The position numbers were made by a program, and so were the translations under genes. A stretch of 37,079 bases of DNA from Tubiluchus corallicola (Eukaryota > Animalia > Priapulida), in NCBI GenBank assembly GCA_030141605.1, contig JAQGDQ010000842.1:1-37079 (forward strand), read 5' to 3'. Below, piece by piece: positions 11,860 to 23,079 of this stretch (positions within the stretch are counted from its first letter, which is position 1; each line of letters opens with the position of its first letter). Below the pieces are notes generated by a model, which was not told where the DNA came from, did no database searches, and worked only from the letters and a program-made list of their open reading frames with translations.

Positions 11860-13061
11860 TTGTACGTTGTAGTTAGGTGCTGCCATCTATGTGCTAATCT
11901 TGTTACATTCTACCAGCTGACTTACCTTCAGTATAATTGTATGGTGCAGTGACTACATACACAATGGTCCTCTCCCTATCTTAAATTAATGGTTGTTGTG
12001 AAGCCTGTGCAACTCTGCATAGGTGAACTTTATTGTACATTGTAGTTAGGTGCTGCCATCTATGTGCTAATCTTGTTACATTCTACCAGCTGACTTACCT
12101 TCAGTATAATTGTATGGTCCAGTGACTACATACACACTGGTCCTCTCCCTATCTTAAATTAATGGTTGTTGTGAAGCCTGTGCAACTCTGCATAGGTGAA
12201 GTTTATTGTACATTGTAGTTAGGTGCTGCCATCTATGTGCTAATCTTGTTACATTCTACCAGCTGACTTACCTTCAGTATAATTGTATGGTCCAGTGACT
12301 ACATACACACTGGTCCTCTCCCTATCTTAAATTAATGGTTGTTGTGAAGCCTGTGCAACTCTGCATAGGTGAAGTTTATTGTACATTGTAGTTAGGTGCT
12401 GCCATCTATGTGCTAATCTTGTTACATTCTACCAGCTGACTTACATTCAGTATAATTGTATGGTCCAGTGACTACATACACACAGGTCCTCTCCCTATCT
12501 TAAATTAATGGTTGTTGTGAAGCCTGTGCAACTCTGCATAGGTCAAGTTTATTGTACATTGTAATTAGGTGCTGCCATCTATGTGCTAATCCTGTTACAT
12601 TCTACCAGCTGACTTACCTTCAGTATAATTGTATGGTCCAGTGACTACATACACAATGGTCCTCTCCCTATCTTAAATTAATGGTTGTTGTGAAGCCTGT
12701 GCAACTCTGCATAGGTGAAGTTTATTGTACATTGTAGTTAGGTGCTGCCATCTATGTGCTAATCTTGTTACATTCTACCAGCTGACTTACCTTCAGTATA
12801 ATTGTATGGTCCAGTGACTACATACACAATGGTCCTCTCCCTATCTAAAATTAATGGTTGTTGTGAAGCCTGTGCAACTCTGCATAGGTGAAGTTTATTG
12901 TACATTGTAGTTAGGTGCTGCCATCTATGTGCTAATCTTGTTACATTCTACCAGCTGACTTACTTTCAGTATAATTGTATGGTCCAGTGACTACATACAC
13001 AATGGTCCTCTCCCTATCTAAAATTAATGGATGTTGTGAAGCCTGTGCAAGTCTGCATAGG
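11860..13061. repeat. Minisatellite, 7 x 173 bp
   Basis: Units start at 11860, 12033, 12206, 12379, 12552, 12725 and 12898 and are nearly identical. Confidence 0.95.
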
Positions 13062-13377
13062 CCTATATATACTGACTGTGAAACAGGTTTTGCTGACTGT
13101 TTTTGCTTTCTAGTTTTTGCTCAATGTTCAGTGCAGCAGTTTTGCTACTCATGATTTCTCTATAAACACTAAATAAACACTTTTCTGTTGTGTGCAGTGC
13201 AAATATTTATTATAAATTTTTGGTTCCTATCCATACTTCTCTGTGTCTAAACTCAATCATAACAAAGTGACTGAACAACAACTTCAAAAATGACTTTCAA
13301 AATGTGACAGTTTTCGACAGCATCCCACTCAACAAATGAAAACTTAATGGGAGGTAACAAACGGTTGTCTCTTTTAG

Positions 13378-14823
13378 GTAATCTTCAGAGTGTAGGAGGA
13401 GAAAGAACAACAGTGGCATGCGGAAATAGATCGCCTACGTCGTGAGAATGACGAAAAATTAAAAACGCAGCAGCAAAAATCGTTCAAGATAGAGCAAGGT
13501 TTGTTACTACAGATTTATCAGCTGCAGCAGGAGAGAAAAGATCTCAGGGCGTCTCTGGAGCGCTGTGAAAATGACGAAGAAACGCTCCGCACGCGTTGCT
13601 CAGAATACAAGCACGAGCTCACTGCTCTCCGCACGCGTTGCTCAGAATACGAGCACGAGCTCACTGCTCTCCGCACGTGTTGCTCAGAAAACGAGCACGA
13701 GCTCACTTCTCTCCTCACGCGTTGCTCAGAATACGAGCACGAGCTCACTGCTCTCCGCACGCGTTGCTCAGAATATGAGCACGAGCTCACTGCTCTCCGC
13801 ACGCGTTGCTCAGAATACGAGCACGAGCTCACTGCTCTCTGCACACGTTGCTCAGAATATGAGCACGAGCTCACTTCTCTCCTCACGTGTTGCTCAGAAT
13901 ACGAGTACGAGCTCACTGCTCACTGCTCTCTGCACGCGTTGCTCAGAATACGAGCACGAGCTCCCTGCTCTCCGCACGCGTTGCTCAGAATAGAAGCACG
14001 AGCTCACTGCTCTCCGCACGCGTTGCTCAGAATACGAGCACGAGCTCACTGCTCTCCGCACGCGTTGCTCAGAATACGAGTACGAGCTCACAACTCTCTG
14101 CACGCGTTGCTCAGAATACAAGCACGAGCTCACTGCTCTCCGCACGCGTTGCTCAGAATACGAACACGAGCTCACTGCTCTCTGCACGCGTTGCTCAGAA
14201 TACGAGCACGAGCTCACTGCTCTCCGCACGCACTTGGACGAGACCAAGTGGAGCATATGCCAAAAAACCGGCGAAATCAGTTTGCTGAAGTCCCAGTTGA
14301 AGGAAACGACACTTGCTCTCGCAAAACCGAGGCTCTCTCATTGAAGTGTCAAATTCGTGACGTTAGAAATCAGCTCGCCGAAAAACAAGCCGAAACAGAA
14401 ACAGCTTATGATTCTGTAAATGAAGAATTGTATAAAGTGAAATCGCAACTAGATGTAATGCAGAGGGACTCACAACAGCAGGAAAACGAATACGTCATTG
14501 AGCGACAGCGGGCTGACTCGGAAATGAGCAACCTACGGAAGGAGATAGATCGCTTGAGGATCGAGCTGGCTCAGAGAAAAAATGAGATGGAGTCACAGCA
14601 AAACAAGTTTGAAGGAGAGCGAATAGTGTGGTCGGAAGAGAAAGAGAAAGTTCTTAGGTATCAAAAGCAGTTACAGCTAAACTACGTACAGATCTATCGC
14701 AAGAACCGCACTCTTGAACACGAGGTGGAACAGTTGACGCTAGAATTGGAAACTCGGGACTTGAAAACTATAGGGAAAGAATAGTTTCCAGGTTTGGAAG
14801 AAGTGGACGAATCTCAGTGTTAA
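13378..14823 (+). pseudogene. LZTS2: LZTS-family (leucine zipper putative tumour suppressor, Fez1 coiled-coil domain) terminal exon, probably disabled
   Basis: Family motifs LLQIYQLQQERK, LDETKWSICQKTGEISLLKSQLKE (in a different frame from the 427-aa ORF) and FEGERIVWSEEKEKVLRYQKQLQLNYVQIYRKNRTLEHEVEQLTLELE. Acceptor CTTTTAG| ends at 13377. Lesions: TAG 13393-13395, 7-nt duplication 13921-13927, second frameshift near 14305, TAG 14782-14784 ahead of FPGLEEVDESQC*. The symbol indicates the family, not one-to-one orthology. Confidence 0.8.
13585..14231 (+). repeat. Coding minisatellite, 15 x 42 bp (LRTRCSEYEHELTA) plus a 7-nt duplication
   Basis: 14222 - 13585 = 637 = 15x42 + 7. Confidence 0.95.
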
Positions 14824-15090
14824 GTCTAATTTTGCGACAATTTTTCTCCAATCAAAATTTAACTAGAAGACATCCATCCATTACCATTACTGTAAGTTAC
14901 GCTATGCAGGGAAGAGAGTATTATTTTACCAATATGCCTGCTTGCCGAGTAAAATAAAATATTGCCTGTAAACACTTGCTGGTGACATTAACTCTAACAT
15001 ATTTGCATGTTAGTGTTGATAATTCCACTTTGTTGACATTTGCCTGTTAGCTTTTTAAGTGCTTTCGAGGTTTCCAGACTCTGTATTGAA

Positions 15091-15223
15091 CTGTATTGAC
15101 TATCCTCGTTCCCAGAACTGTATTGACTATCCTCGTTCCCAGAACTGTATTGACTATCCTCGTTCCCAGAACTGTATTGACTATCCTCGTTCCCAGACCT
15201 GTATTACCTATCCTCGTTCCCAG
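15091..15223. repeat. Minisatellite, 5 x 27 bp
   Basis: CTGTATTGACTATCCTCGTTCCCAGAA repeated. Confidence 0.95.
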
Positions 15224-15490
15224 GCTGAAAGACTGAAGTGTTATAGCTAGTGCGCTTGCACTGTATCATTTTCTCAAAGGAATTTTGTTCTTTTATTTGT
15301 AGCGCCATCTAACTTTCAGCCTTATACGTTTTCTAATACATGTAACAGTTCTTGCATACTAAAAGTATGTATTGATACTAGCATTGGTAACTGAAGTGAG
15401 GATTATACTAGCAATTTAAGGTGTCTTGCTAAGATATGTAAAGTAACTGAAGTCTGTTTTTGCTGCACTATTTATTATGTTATAAGAGAA

Positions 15491-15506
15491 GTGTGCGTGT
15501 GAGTGT

Positions 15507-15566
<60 letters not shown>

Positions 15567-15601
15567 ACGCGCGCGCACGTGTGTGCGCGTGTGCGTGAGT
15601 G
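15491..15601. repeat. (GT)n microsatellite
   Basis: Direct reading. Confidence 0.95.
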
Positions 15602-16484
15602 CATATAATATGTTTTGTAATAGAAGTTTTTTGTTTGTTTGTTAAAGCTTCTAGTAAAGAAGCCGTGATTGTAAATAAAATTTGTATAGATTTATGCATG
15701 AAAGATTGTAACTGTGAGAAATAAATACGTGTAAATATTATTGCTATTTTTTGTGTAACGTTGTATCATTGTATGGTGCCCATTGTATCAACAAACTAGG
15801 GTTGTTGTGTTTGTTAAATTAAATGCAATACTTCTGCCCAAAAACCTTAATATAGCTGCCTTAGGAAATACTGAAGTTGTTATTATTCGGTAAAGATGAA
15901 TTTAACTATGTTGCTAACTGTAAAATATTCCAATGTATACATGACTTTATATTATGTACTAAACGCTTCCAGTAGTTTCTATCTGATAGAAAATGCATCA
16001 GTCTTAAATAATCGTACATTAATATTTACTAACCGTTATTTTCTACTAATGTCTAATGTATCACAGTAGTAAAACTTTAGTATACTAAAAACTAAGTATA
16101 GTCTATTCTTACTGTAAATGTTCTTGTAAATAGTGTATAAAGTCTGTTGTGGTGAGGATCCTAAATCATGTTGTACAAACTGTCTGATCCAATCCTAAAT
16201 AAATTATGTTTAAACGAAATTCACTCGTGTGTGTAAATATGTGCTTCAGTTATTATAACCTCAAATGCAAATATTTTCATCTGGAGAAAGAACCCGGATG
16301 ATTCAATTAGTCAATTTAGTCAATTAGTAATAACATAACAGGGGCATTTTTTGCTCCCAACACTGTTTTTTTGTCAACAGCGTTTATCGCAAACCTAGGA
16401 CAAGATGCTAGTAGCCCTAATAGGGTGTGATTATCCTTGGAAGCCAGTTTTTGTGATAAATAGTCAGTCGGATGAGGTAAGATC

Positions 16485-16870
16485 GATTGATTGATTTGTT
16501 CTTTTCAAAATAATATTACAATGTATCAGAAGAGAAAAGGGAGAAGCCATCCAGGCAGAGCACTTATAGGTGTCTCTCTGTTAACAAGTTACAATCAAAT
16601 TTAAAATGTTGTAACAAGTTTTCATTCTCTAACGATGATGTAAAATTTTTAACGTTAAAGGCATTAACTGTGTCACAAGTTAAAGAATTCCAAATATCTA
16701 CGGTTCTGTTACAAAAAGAGAATTTGCGAATATTCAGTCTGTAGTTATTTTTATATAATTTATAGTTATATCCCCTCAGCTGAAAATACGCAGAAAAGTC
16801 ATGAAACAGTAATAGTATATGATTATTACAAATTTTATGAACCATTTTTAGCTCAAAATTAACCTTGTTA
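16485..16870 (-). mobile_element. 5'-truncated CR1-clade LINE, 3' end
   Basis: LRGYNYKLYK...RLNIRKFSFCNRTVDIWNSL...VNA..VKNF matches the CR1 ORF2 C-terminus; short 3' UTR ends in an (AATC)n tail. Confidence 0.72.
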
Positions 16871-16881
16871 TTTCTAATGGC

Positions 16882-17239
16882 TGTAACTTAACTACTGGAA
16901 TTTGTAGTTAAATTATGCTAAGAGCAGTAGATTATGATAAATAATCATTTTGATAGATGCTGGTATGATGAAGCCAGTTAAGGAGTGGCGTCACGTGATT
17001 ACGTGATCCAAGAATTGGGGCAGCTGGACACCGCGCACGATATATAAGGCGTGAGGGGGCCTCCAGAAAAGAAAAATTAGTCTCAGATTGATTCTGGGAG
17101 CCGGAGCGTACTGACCGTTAGATCAGGGGCTTTTGGCATTGCTATCTATTATATTTGTTGTGTTGATGTTTAAAAAACGTGTCATTTTATAATCAGACTC
17201 TTCATAGCTTTACCATTCCTCAAGCATCAACAAGCTACA
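16882..17239 (+). mobile_element. Possible solo LTR
   Basis: TGTAAC...GCTACA ends; GTCACGTGA and TACGTGA motifs, then TATATAAG at 17041 in a GC-richer patch. No target-site duplication found. Confidence 0.28.
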
Positions 17240-17728
17240 CACAACCAATGCAACGCACTGTCCACTATACAACCAAATTAATTTTACTTTGGGCAGTTTA
17301 GGCGCACGAGAGAACGAATATTTCGGGCACCGTCAAATGATGATAAAATTTAAATAATATTTTTCATAAAAGGAAATCTCGAATTTTCTCCATGTCACCA
17401 AATGAGGCGCCGAAATCCGGGCATTTTTCTTGATCATGGGGTGGGGGGAGGCAATTCCCCGACTCAGTTCCGTTCTTTTCTGGTTTATTTTTTCTGATTA
17501 TGGACACAGCGTATTCGAAAGCCATCTGACTAAATATGTTAATAATCATGTTGCACGTTCATGTTATTTCTGTGGGCAAGGAAATAGGTGAGAGAGCAGT
17601 TACTGGAATTAAACTTTGCCCACAAGTAATAAGCGTGTTAGCCTTTTCTATAAAATAAAAAAAACAATTATTAACAAGTCACGAGGAATTATATTATAAC
17701 ATCTATACTATCAGGTACACATAGATAA

Positions 17729-18192
17729 CATAATTATCAATACTGAAATAGCATAATTGTAAATACTGAAAAAGTACTATACTAAAACACAGCGGAACAT
17801 AGCCTGGCTAGCCCACAGGTCTAAATGTTCAAGGTAGACCTGTCTTACACAGCTTAAATACAGAAAACTAGAACACTATTAATGTAAAAGGTCATTCAGA
17901 AACAAATAACATAATTATTATTACTAAAATAACATAATTATCAATACTGAAATAGCACTATACTAAAACACAGCGGAACAATTAGCCTGGCTAGCCCACA
18001 GGTCTAAATGTTCAAGGTAGACCTGTCTTACACAGCTTAAATACAGAAAACTAGAACACTATTAATGTAAAAGGTCATTCAGAAACAAATAAGTACAGCA
18101 AGATTAGAGGGAAATTTAAGCTATTTCAATGCTGTAACAAATAAGTACAGTAAGATTAGAGGGAAATTTAAGCTAATTCAATGCTGTAACAA
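17729..18192. repeat. Local tandem duplications (about 180-200 bp twice, then about 52 bp twice)
   Basis: TAGCCTGGCTAGCCCACAGGTCTAAATG...CAGAAACAAATAA occurs twice; AAGTACAG.AAGATTAGAGGGAAATTTAAGCTA occurs twice. Confidence 0.85.
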
Positions 18193-19069
18193 GCCTAAAA
18201 AGGGAGGGAAGGAGATGAAAAAATGAGCAAGAAGACTCAATGTAATATTTAAAAGTCAAGTTAATCAACACGAAGTATTTAAGGCGAACTGTATATTATT
18301 TCAAACATAATATCTATTTAAATTTTATCGAACAAACAATAACGACACTAAATCACACACAAATTACAATAGCAAATATATAAACGCAGAAAAATTACAA
18401 TATATTAATAGGGTTGAGACACTAAGTAGCATGCCCTGTATCATTTATCATTGGAGAATGCCCAAGATATCAATTTAACAGAAACCAAGTTAACAGACTG
18501 AGTCAGAAGATCTGTTAATCACTTGATCTAAGATCATTTTTGAAATGTAATCACAGCTGTTGTGGACAAACATGTAAGAAGAAAACCGTACGACGGTTTA
18601 GACTCAATCTCATTTTAATTTACTGTCCAAAATTTACAATTTCTTGCCTATAAAAGTTAACAACTGTTCCTTATATTTGAATAATTAGCTTAGAAAGTTA
18701 ATTAACGGCAGCCGAACACAGCTATTGCTTACGTCACAAACTAACCACAGTTTGTGCAATGGCAGGCATCTTCCCTTTGCTCGTCAAGCACGTTTGCGTA
18801 AGAGTTACAGATATGTCAACTCAAAATGTAGGTAAAAATGGTACAATAGTGTATAACGTGACTGGTACGTATATATTTGTCAATCTATTATCATCGCCAA
18901 AATTAATGGTGAAAAGGTAGATAAACACCATGTGGAACGTTCGTGCATTGTCCATTATAAATCTAATTAATGAACTAATATTTTGTGAGTCTTTTTATAT
19001 AGTACTTATTCATGTGCATTTTTGTATGTTTGTTTGTTCATATTTGTATTAAATTTTTTGAATCAAATG

Positions 19070-19510
19070 AATCAGACGAATAAGATTACGATTGTCTGAT
19101 TTTGGCAGAGACCTGCTTCCTACTGAGCGCATTCTAGTCTTATAGAAATCTTCACTAAACAAGGAGTTCAACTTTGGAATACCCTGCCATCAAATTTTTC
19201 GACGAATTCAAATCAAAATTAAAAATACATACATTAAATCGTTTTGAAAACCCTACACACGTAAACAATAATATATATTCGTCCGCAAATTTTATTTACC
19301 CACGTCCATTTTAAATTGTATGTATATATTGTATATAGTCTATTATAATTTCCGTGTAACATTATAATGTATATTTTGTTTTAAATTTTTGGCGCAGTAG
19401 TCTTTAGTTTGCACTTGACGCATTTGCCTTTAACAGTTGTTTGAATTTTATTCTCATGCTGCGATGTTCTTTTATGCTTTATTTGCCATAAAAAATCGAT
19501 ATTCATAACA
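19070..19510 (+). mobile_element. Possible decayed L2/CR1-group LINE 3' end
   Basis: GVQLWNTLPS followed in another frame by FKSKLKIH; short and degenerate. Confidence 0.3.
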
Positions 19511-19560
<50 letters not shown>

Positions 19561-19831
19561 ATTGCATCAACATACCACATGTGTTATTTTCCCCACTTCT
19601 CCATTTGTGCCACTTTTACCTACTTTTCATTTGTGCCATTTTTCCGGTGGCATTTTTACCTGTGCCACATTTACACCGCCCCGTCATCTCAGCATACGTT
19701 GTTATTTCTCCTGCCATGGTTATTTACGTATTCGAAGGACTAGTTTATTTAGAATTACAGATGAAACATGTATGTAGCAACCAATGCTAGCTGTCACATG
19801 CAAAGATTTCCTCTCTTGTACATGCAGATCA

Positions 19832-20821
19832 TTATGCTGTATTTGGTGCTGATGTTAAATCATCTGGCATCAGGCGATTCAAAAATCGCCTCATAAAATA
19901 AGCACGAAAAAGTTTATACTTCCAAAAGTACATGATTGGATTTACGGTACAATTAATAGCTATACCAATATTGCGCAACAATCTGAGTAAGTTGTACTCA
20001 TGGCTCGGAGTGATACGCGTCAAGATCTTAAACAATGTGTCAAATGACATGCTGCATAAAGTAGTTCCAACAATGATGAACACGATCCTGGCAGATTTAA
20101 TCATGGCGGTAATGTGAGCAGCGGTTCTTTCCGACTCTCCTCCTCCTCCTACGGGATGCACGCTTCTCTTCAGACGCCAAGCCGTGATCATTATGCGAAT
20201 GTAGCAGAAGAGGAAAAGGAATGCGATGGCGAGGTACTCTCCCACTTGAAACCAGATGAGACCAACACTGGTCATGAAATCAATCACACAGGTGGAGCCA
20301 GGAACCCAGTTACCTATGGCTGTCAACATGGCGCTGATACCAACAATGAAAGCAGTCACCCATCCTCCTACTATCAGGATGCTGGTTCTTGTGGGGGTTA
20401 CCCATATCGAATACTGAAGAGGATAAATTATGCAGACGTACCTGTCCAGCGTCACTGAAGCCATTGTGATCCACGAAGCCGTGAAGAACGTGGAGTGACC
20501 CGCCACAAACAGGATGCAATGAGACTTTAACGGAACCGGAAGTGCAGTCAGAACAACTGGTCCAGAGAACAAAAACACGGAGAAATCAGCAACAGCTAAA
20601 CTTAAAACGAATTGATATTTACTCTCGCTTCTTAAAGCTCGGAAAGTAACGATTGTAGCAATGACCAGAAAGTTCAGCACCAGACCGGAAACGATAATGG
20701 TGCCCAGAAAAATACGAAACGCAACGTTTCCGTGCGACCTTGGCACGAGCAATAGGTGAGGTGGAGAGGTAACATTTGATGCGTTAGCATGAGCTTCTGT
20801 CATTGTTACATTATCAGCCAT
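19832..20821 (-). CDS. Single-exon rhodopsin-like (class A) GPCR, 329 aa, ligand unknown
   Basis: Seven hydrophobic segments. TM1 N, TM2 LAVAD, TM3 LDRYVCIIYPLQY, TM4 W, TM7 NPIMY. N-terminal sequons NVT/NAS/NVT; start context AAAATGG. Confidence 0.92.
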   Translation of the reverse strand: MADNVTMTEAHANASNVTSPPHLLLVPRSHGNVAFRIFLGTIIVSGLVLNFLVIATIVTFRALRSESKYQFVLSLAVADFSVFLFSGPVVLTALPVPLKSHCILFVAGHSTFFTASWITMASVTLDRYVCIIYPLQYSIWVTPTRTSILIVGGWVTAFIVGISAMLTAIGNWVPGSTCVIDFMTSVGLIWFQVGEYLAIAFLFLFCYIRIMITAWRLKRSVHPVGGGGESERTAAHITAMIKSARIVFIIVGTTLCSMSFDTLFKILTRITPSHEYNLLRLLRNIGIAINCTVNPIMYFWKYKLFRAYFMRRFLNRLMPDDLTSAPNTA

Positions 20822-21661
20822 TTTCTGTACTTGAAATTACAACTTACACGTAGCGTTTGATACGTTAGCATGAGCTTCTGTCATTGTTAAATTATCAGCC
20901 ATTTTCTGTACTTGAAATTACAACTTACACGTAGCGTTTGATGCGTTAAAATGAGCTTCTGTCATTGTTAAATTATCAGCCATTTTCTGTACTTGAAATT
21001 ACAACTTACACGTAGCGTTTGATACGTTAACATGAGCTTCTGTCATTGTTACATTATCAGCCATTTTCTGTACTTGAAATTACAACTTACACGTAGCGTT
21101 TGATACGTTAGCATGAGCTTCTGTCATTGTTAAATTATCAGCCATTTTCTGTACTTGAAATTACAACTTACACGTAACGTTTGATACGTTAACATGAGCT
21201 TCTGTCATTGTTAAATTTTCAGCCATTTCTTGCACTTGAAATTACAACTTACACGTAGCGTTTGATACGTTAGCATGAGCTTCTGTCATTGTTACATTAT
21301 CAGCCATTTTCTGTACTTGAAATTACAACTTACACGTAGCGTTTGATGCGTTAACATGAGCTTCTGTCATTGTTAAATTATCAGCCATTTCTTGCACTTG
21401 AAATTACAACTTACACGTAGCGTTTGATACGTTAGCATGAGCTTCTGTCATTGTTACATTATCAGCCATTTTCTGTACTTGAAATTACAACTTACACGTA
21501 GCGTTTGATACGTTAGCATGAGCTTCTGTCATTGTTACATTATCAGCCATTTTCTGTACTTGAAATTACAACTTACACGTAGCGTTTGATACGTTAACAT
21601 GAGCTTCTGTCATTGTTACATTATCAGCCATTATCTGTACTTGAAATTACAACTTACACGT
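20775..21661 (-). repeat. Minisatellite, 11 x 81 bp, containing the GPCR start codon
   Basis: Period 81 (20775, 20856, 20937 ... 21585). Each unit has CAGA(A/T)AATGGCTGA or CAAGAAATGGCTGA on the minus strand. Confidence 0.95.
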
Positions 21662-22906
21662 GCATGCACCCAACACGCTAAAGATACGACAGCATCATAA
21701 TTATTATTTTTGTTAAGTTGCTGATTCTCTTAGTGTTACAACTACATGGTCAAGTATTCCAGAACTGATTAGCGCAGCATCTTTAATATAAGGTCTGTAG
21801 CTTTGCTCACGAAGTCGTCTTCGCTCGCGCACCTAGCGCAAACTTATTTCACGCAATCTCCACTCTTGACTACCCCAAATTACAAATTTACGCGTTTCTG
21901 TCGACACTTTGTATAGAAGCATAGTGTCATGTTTCGCCCTACATTTAATAGTCCTGTCATTATGCTTATGCAACATTAAGCCCTATTCACACTGCATGTT
22001 TAATTAATTGATATGTATGATATTTAGTTACTGGCAGTGATAGTTAATTGTATTATTAATTATTGATATTTTGTTAGGATGTAGGCACCTACTAACAAAC
22101 CCCCTTTTGAGTTCCGTCTGACCCACTCTTGTCTGCCCTATCGCGGCTATAATGCAGTGGCTAAGTCAAGGTTAACGATAGTGCACAGGTGAATAATATT
22201 ATAGCTGTTTAAACGAGTGGCTTCTCGATGAACTTCGTTCAACACTGTTTAGATATAGACGGCAACTTGACACAGAACGAGACAGGTCTCGTCTCTGTGA
22301 AGTTATATTTTTTTTTGAAGAGAAATGCCGTACTAGAAAGTTTCACACAAGATATGGTGTGTAATGTACATGATGATACTGTGAGAGCCTAGTTGTTGTA
22401 AGCTATGGTCGTCAACCAGAGTTGTCCCAGACATGCTGGCTTGCAGTTTCCAGTAGTGCAGTTACCCACTGACTGACAGATGGATCGACCGACTACAGAA
22501 CCACATCCAGGGTGGTAACAGGTACTTTTCGCTTTTGTTACGACCGTAACTAACGTCGCACTGCTAACGTAAACATCACGTATACTAGCCTAATGTTCTT
22601 CGATGCTACTTGCTTGGTAAAGGCTAATTGGTAGTTTCTCTGACGAAGTTTGGAATCACAACTGTATTCAGACGCAGAGGTTATATTACGACGTATTGCT
22701 ACCGTTCTACAAACTGTTCACTTTAAAGGAAAAGTGTTCCAAAAAATCCTAGGTACCTAGTGGGCAGACACGAAGTTTATGCAAACGTATATACCCTACT
22801 AACCCCTAGCTTTGTCAATCTTGCTATATCTTTGTTATTACTGAACTTTTGCTTAAATCGAATCACTTTGGAATTTGTTGATGATTAAATTGTTTGATTA
22901 ATTATT

Positions 22907-23079
22907 TTAATGTCTGCCATTTAAATGCATTTTAATGCAGCTTTCGCCATCGCCGTGATTATCCAGTTGGCCATCTGCTACGTCCCAAGAAGTAAAAAGA
23001 GCAGGTCCACCTGTTGCAAACCACCTCCAGTCACCCTCCTCGTGTATGTCGGTTAAACCAATCCAAAAATGCTCACCAG
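22907..23079 (-). pseudogene. Orphan, truncated C-type lectin last exon (not in the ORF track)
   Basis: After acceptor AATAAAG| the frame reads (A)GEHFWIGLTDIHEEGDWRWFATGGPALFTSWDVADGQLDNHGDGESCIKMHLNGRH*. It has the WIGL/EGDWRW/W/C motifs but lacks WND and the last two cysteines. Confidence 0.75.

Noticed and set aside
15416-15699. HT/VC-repeat ORFs
   Set aside because: (GT)n microsatellite.
17364-17549. 61-aa ORF in a GC-rich patch
   Set aside because: No domain or splice context; more likely a repeat fragment.
22380-22540. Possible SINE 3' end (GGGTGGTAACAGGTACTTTT)
   Set aside because: No pol III boxes, TSD or second copy in the window to support it.
22635-22680. CTGACGAAG as a possible hammerhead ribozyme core
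   Set aside because: No GAAA after the putative stem II and no stem III.
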